Below are positions 49,301 through 59,800 of a stretch of 64,000 nt of DNA, piece by piece (positions within the stretch are counted from its first letter, which is position 1; each line of letters begins with the position of its first letter). Made by a program: the position numbers and the translations under genes. The notes below the pieces were generated by a model. It made no database searches. It had not been told where the DNA came from and worked only from the letters and a program-made list of their open reading frames with translations. This DNA is from an uncultured virus (IMG/VR IMGVR_UViG_3300043436_000696) (taxonomy: Duplodnaviria; Heunggongvirae; Uroviricota; Caudoviricetes): IMG/VR virus record IMGVR_UViG_3300043436_000696. The stretch is one strand, 5' to 3'.

Positions 49301-50819
49301 TGTTATGGATCAGGATGACTTTATAGAGTATATTAAGACTGGTAAACGTCCTAGTAAATTTTTAGATAAGGATACAGGAAAGCCTGTAGATCCAGATTCT
49401 CAGAAACAAAAAGATGCTAAGGAAGCATTTGATGTAGATGATCAGATTAAGAATAGACCAGCTCCAACAATGCCTAATGATGCACCTACTCCTGGGGCCC
49501 CTGTTACAACTCCGGTAACACCTACAGAAGCAGAACCATCTATAGAAGATCAAGTAGAGACTGCCGGAGCATCAGAATTAGATCAAGCTTTACGTAAAGC
49601 ATATGGTGAGTACTTATCTAATAATCCTGATGCTGATGTTACATATGAAGAGTTTGTAACTCAATCTCCTAAAGCTTCTCAGATTAAAAAGGACTTTGCT
49701 AAAAAAGCAGCTGAGCCAGTTGCTGTTGAACCAGTAGAAGAAGTTCCAGCTGAGCCTACTACTGTAGCAGAAACTCCAGTTGTAAAAGAAGAAGTTGCAG
49801 AAGCCGTTCCTGTAATAGACTTAAATGCAGAATTAGAAAAACAGTTTACAGAAGAAAGAGATCAAAAGCTTTCAGATTTAATGCCTCTCTACGGTACGGC
49901 TAGAAAGACTATGATGCAACTAGGGGATGAGGCTTTAGATCTAGGAGACCGTAATATTTTAGCAGATCCTGTTAAGTATTTAGAAGGTCGCATTGCACAA
50001 GGGGAATATAGTTTACAGCAAAGTATAGATAAGTTAAAAACACTTGATACTAATAATCCTGATAATGCTAAGGAAGTTAAAAACTTACAACGTTATATTG
50101 ATACAGAAAAAATTGTTTTAGGAAAGACATATCCTAAACTTGAACAGATAAAAGCTGTAGTAGCTGAGTATAATGATAAGATGAGTAGAATAGGAGAAGC
50201 TCCTATTACTGCTCAAACAGCTTCTTCTACAACAGAAAAAACTGGTGTTCAAACAGTTCAGGATCTAATAAATTCCGTATCTTCTATTAGGGACTTGCCT
50301 AATCTTAACTCTAGTGTAGCAAATACGGTTACTACTAAGATTATAAGTCTTATGAGAGATAACCCAGGAATTAAAGCTTCTGATGTTACTGCTATGATAG
50401 AAGCTAAACGTAAAGAATTTATAGAAAATCTTAACACTTCTGATCTAAAACCAGGAGATATTGTTACCTTTACAGACGGTAAAAAAGGTATGGTTAAGAA
50501 GTCATCTAATACCGAAGTAAGTATTAAGCTTCCTAGATCTAATGACGTCTTAGTATTATCTAAAGAAGACCTATCTAAAAGAGTAACTATGGTAGAAGCA
50601 GGATCAGTAGCTAAGGCTAAAGTACAACCTCCAGTAGAAATTGCTGAGAATGACAAGAAAGAAGTAGAAGCGTCTAGAGATGCGGTAGATAGTTTTACAT
50701 CTAATGCAGCTAAAGTACAAGAACTAAATAAAGATATATTAGCCAATACAGGTAAAGATAACAGTGCTAATATGAATAACTTAATTGACAAACTTGGTTG
50801 TAAGACCAACGCTAAATAA
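46380..50819 (+). CDS. Large ejection/cargo protein with putative membrane-inserting helices
   Basis: 1479 aa; Gly/Ala hydrophobic segments (GIGVGYSILAEELLMMGAEALTFGG; FFTGFLMGSVAG), SEGLQE motif, long coiled region, Pro/Glu linker, SH3/KOW-like LKPGDIVTFTDGKKGMV near the C-terminus. Confidence 0.6.
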   Translation: MAVLENNNLGMSSSEDQAVMQNEVDQSLDLSTVDSPIDPLNDVNLDVVQPQVDSPTQVSPPPNTQDPPTKNKVLSTQELQALSQKQKKRNKEWAETGAMASVTSYVDPNQAARVVSFDSKTTRLDRYLAYGDKTFNKVGFSPFANNEEAFNKSVSIWQDYKRMATVAPSLMSLGFKQSFGFGVFDWNTEDENARKYKELNDIGMSSRGGPGAFVNNLVLNGSYGIGVGYSILAEELLMMGAEALTFGGATPLVAARTAQNLTKLGKLRAMFTTAANSGFKSVQVANAGLDVFKSLKSADRAKDFYTSIKTFGKATGNFLNPLARVTDEVIAGSNTVRNLSNMAKISKGFGAFYRDVRDVNIALGESKLEGSSKKQEVIDKEIEDYKKANGKLPEGKDLEQIYAKAEDVRNGVVALNLPIIYYTNRITFDGLFKFRGFKTLEEAGKTANLSSKGIKFTAGTGFSVDAAKKWYQLSIRKYPGMAWNYAKRNASEGLQENFQNVISDGVGEYYDAVYKDPTLGGFNFAVATAGTNIKKEFTSGRGLETFFTGFLMGSVAGPAQSVFLTETPGLYYKGKDFVMRTNDFKAYKAKKAEQIKEKVATLNELYKNPLDFFSSIQENAASQNAAYTTLMQAEDNGDAKTFQDTKDISLFNHVFTSINNGTFDDLINGYKEMSKLDPKELADYLKIQDVSKAKDKIQEVIKRAEEIQSTYNKVNSKFENPFNPSQYKPGDVEHEREAIAYVAFERAKRSLAMAEHGFQRSLERMQSLYQDISTNRPIEKSNNADYSVLLNAKSIKDEIYTLKKEIASYGPESQQDRDQKKIVKEKTQKLEDLQEYADNLDTHLESIKKQESIQNGEFVIQPIAESYNSLRESYRKYLKNIAKLSGDYAFDSKIDDSFDKLADYYSLDNDSKNLSNAINTLLDPTNLYTHAETINDKLIKIFTDKERSFEEQMESYTRYSEMNTLIEELAKAGVVMDQDDFIEYIKTGKRPSKFLDKDTGKPVDPDSQKQKDAKEAFDVDDQIKNRPAPTMPNDAPTPGAPVTTPVTPTEAEPSIEDQVETAGASELDQALRKAYGEYLSNNPDADVTYEEFVTQSPKASQIKKDFAKKAAEPVAVEPVEEVPAEPTTVAETPVVKEEVAEAVPVIDLNAELEKQFTEERDQKLSDLMPLYGTARKTMMQLGDEALDLGDRNILADPVKYLEGRIAQGEYSLQQSIDKLKTLDTNNPDNAKEVKNLQRYIDTEKIVLGKTYPKLEQIKAVVAEYNDKMSRIGEAPITAQTASSTTEKTGVQTVQDLINSVSSIRDLPNLNSSVANTVTTKIISLMRDNPGIKASDVTAMIEAKRKEFIENLNTSDLKPGDIVTFTDGKKGMVKKSSNTEVSIKLPRSNDVLVLSKEDLSKRVTMVEAGSVAKAKVQPPVEIAENDKKEVEASRDAVDSFTSNAAKVQELNKDILANTGKDNSANMNNLIDKLGCKTNAK

Positions 50820-50824
50820 TAATT

Positions 50825-53800
50825 ATGGCTTGTAGATTATCAGATGAACAGGTTGAAGCGTTATACTCAACAGTACTTGGAGATATTGTTTCAACTAAGA
50901 ATAGAGGTGATATATATGATCCTAGCACTGCTATGCGTACATTGTACCAAAGCTTAATGGCAGCTGGTGCTGATCAAACTAATGCTCTTGATTATATCCA
51001 ACATGTACCTAGAATGATTAATGCTGCCTATGGTAGCTTAGAAGAAATTGCTGATTATTTACAAGATAGTAATGTAAGTATTGATAATCTTAACAAGATG
51101 AGAAGAGACTTTAAAGACATTAATAATGTCATGTCTTTTCTTAATTTAAATAATAATACTGTAGAGATTATAGAAGAAATTGTAGAAGAGAGTAATCCTT
51201 CTACTCCTGTAGTTCCTACAGATGTATACACTGAGATTGAAAACTCAGATGTTGAAGAGAAACAAAAGTTATATAAGAATCGTTCTTTTATAGCTGCTCC
51301 TGAAACAGCATTAGCTGTATTTAATCAAGAGGCTAAAGATTACGATGGATCTATTGCTGAGGATAATGTTCAAGATCCTGATCCTAAGAAGAAAACTTAC
51401 TATGCTGTAGTTAGAAAGATCAATGCTTTAATGAACTCATTAAATGCTAGTACTGCTAACAATCTTAAGATGGGTACTACAACTGGTATCTTTATGAACT
51501 TAGTAAAAGCATCATCTATTGATGAGGCTGACTTATATGTTTCAGACACAAAATTTATTAACCAGAGTGAAGAAAACAGAGCATATCATAATGATTCTGC
51601 TTTGGCACTCGTATATACAGATAAAAATGGTAAAGTATTATATTTTGATGAAGAAGGTAATATCACAAGTAAAGAAGCTGGCGGTAAACTTGTTTACGGT
51701 AAAATAAGAAATGTTTACTCTGATAAAACTGGAGCTAAATATGTACCTAGAGTACAGACTGTAGAGAGAAAGGCTGAGAAAGGAATGGGAACTCAAGAAG
51801 AGTTACAAGCTGAAAGACAAAAAGAAATTGATGTTTTAGAAGGTGCTCGTAAGTTTCTTAAAGAAAATCCTACAGGATCTTTAATGTTTTCTATTACTCC
51901 TGGTAGAAATGGATATGTTAATGAGGACTTTAGTACAGTTAATCTTATTGGATCTATAGAATTACCTGATGGATTTAAGCCTACAGTGGCTAAAGAAGAT
52001 ACTGGTATTTACAAGTCAGGTGGTGTATACTTTCATGTTCCTGGGTACAGTCTTCCTATCCTTGTTCGTAGACCTAAGTTTGGTCAATTGAATAATAACT
52101 TAGCTCAGAATTTAGCTGATTTATTATTTGATAGTGCTAATACACAATCTAATGCTGAAAAGATTGCTATAGTAAAACAGTTTACTTATAGTAATGATAC
52201 TAAAGTATTTGACCGTGATGGTAAAATATTTGTAAAGCAAGGTGAGCAAGAGTTGGACACTACAGATAGTAGTAACCGTGAGACTTTCTTACAGAATTTA
52301 AATGGGCAGGTAGTAAACATTAACAAGGATTTAGTTAATGGTTATGTAGATATGCCTGTTAACTTAGACGGTAAAGTACAGATTCAAAAAGAGATATACA
52401 ATAACTTTTTAACTGGAAACTTCTATACTCATCTAGCTAAAAATGCAGAGGGTAAAGTTGTAAGTATGAATGCTTATAACAACATCTTTCCTACAGTGGA
52501 GTCTCAGACTAAGATGTTTGGAGAAACTAAAACTACTAAGACAGTTCTTGCTGATGAACTTACTCCTATTGAACAAAACTTTTCAGATGGTCAAGGTGGA
52601 CGTAAGATGCAATCTAAGTTTGCAGGTAAATCTACTATGGATTTAATTCTTTCTGGAGATAGAACTAGAACTACACGTGCTAATACTGACATACAAAGAA
52701 TGATGAAAGACTATGGTCTTACTAAAATTGAAGACTTAGTTGGTAAGGTTATTCGTATGACAGATAAAAAAGGTAGAACTGCTTATACTGAAATTACAAA
52801 AGTTGTTCCTTTTACAAAAGAATATCAAGATTCTACTTGGCAAAAAGAAGGATGGGAAAAAGGAGTAACAGATAAATTAGTAGGACAATATCCTTACGCT
52901 ATAGAATTTAAAATAGTTAGTTTAGAAAAACAATATACAGCTCCTGTAAGTTTAACAGAAACTACTCCTACAGATAATAAGATTAGTCCTTTAGCTGAAT
53001 TGCTAAAGAATACTGACTTCTCTTTAAAGAAATCTATATTAGAGAATAGTGATGCTACAGAAGAGCAGATTGCTAAAGCTAGAGCTTGGTATACAGGTAG
53101 TCCATTAGCTAAGGTTGTTCCTTTTGAAACCATGTTCCATGTTGTGAACTCTAATGCATTAGCTACATTTACTTTATCTGGTATTACTTTATTTCAAGGA
53201 TCTAACTATACTGACCTATACCACGAGGGATGGCATGCTTTTTCTCAATTGTTCTTAACTAAAGGTGAAAAGGTTGCTTTATATAATGAAGCTAGAAAAC
53301 TTACAGGATCATTTAAAACTGCAGATGGTAGAACTATAAAGTTTAGTGCGGCTAGTGATATTCAATTAGAAGAGTTTTTAGCAGAAGATTTTCGTAAGTA
53401 CGGTTTAGCTGATGGTAACTATATAGTTGCTGGCAGAGGAACTCGTAATACGTTGTTTAGACGTATGTGGAATTTCTTAAAGGCTGTATTTAAAGGATAC
53501 AGTATTAAAGATGCTATTAGTGAAGCTACAGCTATTCCTAAGATAGCAGAGTTATACGATAAGCTTTATGTAGGAAACATTAATGACTATAGTGCTTCTT
53601 TAAACAATGTACAGTTTAAGATATTAAACAAAGGTGCTCAACCTTTAGATGATAAGAACATTGATGGTGGATTAAACTATCAAGACTCAATGACTCTTGT
53701 AGAGACAATTGACTCTTTAATGGCTTCTACTTTACAAGACTATGGAGTTAACCTTGGGGTGCTATTTACTAACCCAGAATTTACAGCTCCATTATATGCT

Positions 53801-56800
53801 GAGATTAAGAGTAAGATAGAAAAGATGGCAGCTAATCCAGATCTTTCTGAAAGCTCTAAAAGAATATTAAACTTTGCTTTAAGTGAGTGGGGTGACTATA
53901 CAGCTGTTAGCAAAGGAGAACAGGAGTTAGGTGTGATAGCTTTTCATAAGAAGAGATCTTCTTACTTAACCTTTGATGAAAAGTATGCAGATTTAACTGG
54001 TGCTGAACAAGACATTAATGAAAATGCAGCAGATGCAATTAAGGATGAAGAGGATCAATTAACTTTAACTGCTAATGAAGCTCGTGAAAGTTTTGGGTCT
54101 AATGCATTTGAACGTAAAGGTAATGAGTTATCAGTTAGAGAGTTAGCTAGTAACCAAACTGTATATTTAATTAAGAGCTTACCAGCTTTAGATAAGAATG
54201 GTAAGGTTGAAATGAATGCTTTAGGTGTTCCTAAATTGACTGACTTTAATAGAACTTGGGGTATTGTAATTAATACTGTACAAGGAGCTATTGATGAAGT
54301 AGATATGTATAGAAAGCTTTCTGAAGCTTCTACTAGATTCCCTGAATTAAAGGCTTTAGTTGAACGTTTAGGTGATCCTATGGAAAAGACTCAAACTTCA
54401 GATTGGCCTGCTATGAATATGTGGATTAATTTCCACCGTGACTTTAGTGTATACCGTGTGCCAATTAGAGAAGTACGTTTAGTTAAAACTCAAATTCCTG
54501 GTGAAGATGGGTATACTTTTAGTGTAGAGTTTACTGAAACTAGCCCTACGTTTAAACAAGTTGAGAATACATTTAAGTCTCAATTTGATGCTATAAGAAA
54601 TAACAAGTATGTAAGAAATACTCCTCAAGGTAATGAGTTAAATATAGAATCTATACTTAATGATTTTCCTAAGAGCACTCTTATGAGTGGTACATCTAAA
54701 CTTAACTCTGAGCAAGCTATTAAATTTTTAAGAGCTATCGGTTTGTATGTAACTGACAATCAAGCTATTAGAGAAAGTTTAAATGACAACTATACAGCAG
54801 TTACTTATTTACATTCTGCTTTATCTAGAATTAACTATTTTAATTCTTCTAAAGAGCCGGCAAGTAAAATTAAGATTAGTAGTCCAATTGACTTCTTGCG
54901 TAATGAATTAAAGAATGTAACTACTAAAGATAGTAAGGGTAACACTACACTTTTACATAAAGGAGAGTCATCTAATATTGAAAAGATTCTTAATATAGAA
55001 GGTACTAGCTCGGGTAAGTATAGTAATAACTCTGTAGAGAATGTTAATGGTGATTCTGTTTTTGATTTATCATTAAATAATACTATTACAAAACTGTTTG
55101 CAGAATTAAATGCTATTGGTAAAACATATGCTGATGTAATTAACAAGCCTCATATGGCTCACTTAAACTTCAGAAATAATCCAGCTGCTAAATATAGTAT
55201 TTGGTTAAATAGCTTGTTCCATATTCCTACAGGAAACTTTGATACAGCTAATATGAATCAAAGAAGAGTGGGTAAGACTAATGCTGAAACAGTTAGTATT
55301 GATATAGTCAACTTAGATGGTATTAAGGAAGTAGTTAGTAATGAAGCTCAAGCTCAGTTTAGAGTTAATGGTATCAAAACTACATCTGCTGACCCAGCTA
55401 CTAAGTTTGTAATGGATTTACATACCATGTTAATGAGAGGTGTGATTGAAGCACCTAGACATGCTTCTAAATCTACAGCATATGGTTACTCTGTATCTCT
55501 TCTTTCTACACCATTCAATGCTAAGTCTCGTCATTTATATATCAGTAGTGAATACTTTGCAGATGATGCTACAGCAAACAATGCTGCAGTAACTCTTCTT
55601 AAGCCAAAGATTGCTGCAGAGATGGAACGTATTGCTATGCTTAAGGCAGGCATGCTTCCTAACATTCCTGGTTTTAACGAGAGAGGATTGACATTTACAA
55701 TGTTTGATGATATTCTTTCTGATAGTTTAAAGAAAGACTTAATAGAGATGGCTAATGCTGATAACTCATTAGATCTTTTAGAAGATGCTGAATTATCAAA
55801 AAGAATCTCTAATGATATCTCTAGTTATATAAATAAGCTAACTCAAGAGAACCTTGATATATTTGGTGAAATGCCTTTTATATCTAAAGAGTTATTAAGA
55901 GGTGGTGCTAGAGGTTCTGCTAAAAGTATTACTAGTTTAATTGGACAGGGGTCTAATTTAACTGATGCTCAGCTTAAAGTGATTGCACTTAAATCATTCA
56001 CTGTCAACTCTTTAATCCATAATATGGAAAGTATGGCTATGGTCTATGGTGACTTAGCTATGTACAATCATAATAAAGAAGAGTTCCATAAGCGTAATGC
56101 TGCTATAGGATCTACTGGTAGAATCTTTGCTTCTGGTCAAGCTACTACTAACTTTGTTAATAATCTTGGAAGAGGTTATGCTAGAAAGATAGGAGCTACT
56201 CAAAGAACTTTTGATGGTACTATTAACTCAGTAGTATTTAAAGATAATAATGTTACATCGGTTTATTACGATGAATATCTTGATGCTCTTACTTCTAAAG
56301 GATATACTAAAGAGCAAGCGGCATCTATATTAAAACCTTACTCAGAAATGAATGAGGGAGATGCTCAAGGATGGGTAACTTTTGATGCCTATCGTATGTT
56401 CTCTATTTTAGAGGGGGCATGGTCTGAAAAACAAAATGATCTTTACAATAAGATTATTAATGAAGAAGTGGTTGACCCTGCAGAAATTAGTGAGTTCTTC
56501 CCAACTAAAAAGTTTCAGTATGCTGGTCCTGTTAAGAGTGATAAGTTACACTTACAGGCTTTCCATAAGTTTTCATTAGTTCCGTTAATCCCTAGTTTAA
56601 TTAAAGGGACTAATATGGAAGTAGTACATGATAACTTGGTTAAGCAACAAGTTGATTATGCTGTATTTGAATCTGGAAGTAAACTAGCTACTATTACTAA
56701 AAATGGTCAGTATGATGATCTTTATAGTAATAAAGAAGAGAGAACTACACAACCTTGGAATCAAGGTGATCCTGAGTATACTACTAACAAAGTGTTTATT

Positions 56801-59800
56801 CAGTATCTAAAAGATCAAGTGGATATTCAATCTACTTGGAAGAATAAAACTATATTCTCTACTCAGCTTAGAAAGTTGATTATCAATGACTTGTTCAAAC
56901 AAGGTATTGCTACATCTAAAGATTTTGAAAAATTAGTAACTGACTTTGAAGGATTACTAGATGATCTTCAGACTAAAAAGAAGAATGAGTTACTAGCAGA
57001 AGCCGGTTGGACACAAGACAAGAAAGGAAACTACACAGGTAGTGTAAAAAGCTTAATGGAGTTTGTTGAAAGAGAACTTGCTCGTCAAGAACTCCCTGAG
57101 CATGATATTGATTTTGTAAGAGAAAGCTCTGATATTAATAGTATTAAGAGAGACTTAAGCTTTAGTCTTAATGCTGAGAAGATTGAAAAGTTGTTAAACT
57201 CTATCGTTATTAAACGATTGGTTCGTCAGAAGATGAACGGAGAACAGTTAGTACAAGTTTCTGGAGCTGGCTTTGAGTCTACTACTAAGTTAACTAATCC
57301 TACAGAAGAAGACATTAAGAACTATCGTGGTACTAATGACTTACCTACTTATCGTCCTGGTAAAGGAAAGAATGGTAAGACTAGTGCAATGAAAGTTAAG
57401 ATTGCTATGAAAGGTGACTACTATAAGTTACTTGAACTTAAGCATACTGATGGAGAGAAGATTGGTACAAGAGAGCGTTTAAATGAAGTGCTTAAGAAAG
57501 ATGAGTGGTTAGATCAAAAAGATAACCGTAAGCTTATCACTATGGTAGGTGTACGTATTCCTGTACAAGGCTTGAACTCTATGGAGTTTATGGAAGTATA
57601 TGAATTCCTTCCTGAAGAAGCAGGGTCTATTGTTATACCTCCAGCTGAAATCGTGGCTAAATCTGGATCTGACTTTGACATTGACAAGTTAACTATATTC
57701 CAACCTAACTATTCTAAGAAGAGTAAAGAAGCTAAGTATAGTATAAATGATAATGTTAAGGGTACAGAAAACAAGATTATTGAAAAGATTCGTGAGATCT
57801 TAGAGCACCCTGATAACTTTGAAGCTCTTATCCGTCCAAACAATACTGATATTGTTAAAGGTGTAGCAGATGATTTAGCTAGCAAAGATATTCAAGGATA
57901 CAGTCCTTTAGCTAATAAGACTAAAGAAAAAGCATCTAAGATTAGTCCTACTCGTACTTTAGAACCTAGATACAATCTATATAAGCATGAGTCTAATAAC
58001 ATTGGTAAAAAGACTTTAGGTATTGGTGCCGTAGATAATGCTTACTCATCTATCTTTAAAAGAATAGGTGCTAGATTAGAAACACAGTATACTCACTATC
58101 CAATTGATTTTGCAACTGGTGAATATAAGAAAGATCCTAAAACAGGTAAGATTGTTAAGCAAATTCGTCCTATTAATATTAGAATGAAGCATAATTCAAT
58201 CACTGTAGATGGTAAACAATATATTTCTTTATCTGATATTAACACTGTAAGTGGTGAAAAGATCTCTGATTTAATCTCTCAGTTGATGAACGGATGGGTG
58301 GATATTGAGAAAGACGCTTGGATCTTTAATATTAATGGTAATAATGTGGCAGGTCCTGTATTATTGTTTATGCTTGAATCAGGTGTAGACTTTAAAACAG
58401 CAGCTCATTTTGTATCTCAGCCTTTAATTGTTGACTATATTAAAAAGAGAGCAGCATCTAATAGTCCTTTCTTTGAAGCAAGTGGTAAAGGTGAAAATAA
58501 AGGAAAAGGTCTTAATAAGTTTGAGATTAAAAAACAATTTATACTAGATAACTTTGAAGATGACTTACCTATTAATAAAAGTACAGGTGAACCTATTGTA
58601 AGTAATGATGGTATATATAAGATTATTAATAAATATAATGAAGGAGTAGAGTACACTAGTGATAACTTATTAGGAATGATTGAAAAGAAGGATACTACTT
58701 CTGATATGGCTAAAGCAGCTCTTCTTCATTTCTTTGAGTTAGAAGACCTGATGGGTCAATTAACTAATATTAAATTAAAGGTTAATTTAGATACTGCACC
58801 TTCTAAATCTTTATTTTCAGCTCAACAGAGAATAAATGAAATTGGTAAGTTAAATATTGTAGATGCTGTACCAGCTAATTTAGTTAAAAATATATTGTAT
58901 AACTCTCCTATTAAATCATTCTTTGTACAAGATTTCCAATTAAAACTTTGGGAACCATTGATGAAGCTTAGAGGAGATGCTAATATAAACAACTTCTTAA
59001 TAGATAAGATTGCTACTAAGTCATATACAAATTCCTTTGATGATGCTGAAAAGTATGTGGCGGCATTTAAAAATGACCTTCCTTTATATCTTTTACAGAA
59101 TTACCTAAAGGGAATTGATATTTCTAAAATTACAGAGTACAAAGGCTTGCTTATAGATAAAGCTATGCCTGTGCAGAATGTACAAATTAGAAATGGGGCT
59201 TATGTAAAAGACGGGGTAATGTATGTAGATATAGACCAAATAAAGTCTGACTTTGCAAGCATGGCCTATACAGATAAAGGAACTTATAAAGAAATAGGTC
59301 TTTCTACTCTTCCTGCTCAAGTATTTAAAATGGGTGAAGTAAATGCTAACTTTCAAGAGTACTCTCACTATGTATTAGAGCGTGAGTATTTAAGATCAAT
59401 TCTTCCAGTAAGACAAAATGAAAGTAGAGAAAGTTATGAAGATAGACTTAGGGATAGAGCTTTAGAAAGAACTTTTAACTTCCATAGCATGCTTAAATCT
59501 GACAATAGTATTGCAGATGAGTTCAATAGAATTAAAGCTAAATACCCAGAGTTAGAAAAAGACTACATGATCTTTGATGAATTAGGTTATACTCCAGGTA
59601 GCAAGTTTGATGTAAATAAACTTAAGACACTTAAGTTAAAATCAAGTAAGCTTGACACTGATATGGCTAATGTTCTTCATGAAAACCTTCAGAGACTTGC
59701 TGACCCAGCAACTATTAAAGTAGCTAATCCTGTGGCTAACGCTGAAATTTCTAAGTTCTTTAGTAGAATGATTATATCAGAATACTTAAGAGCTGGTATT

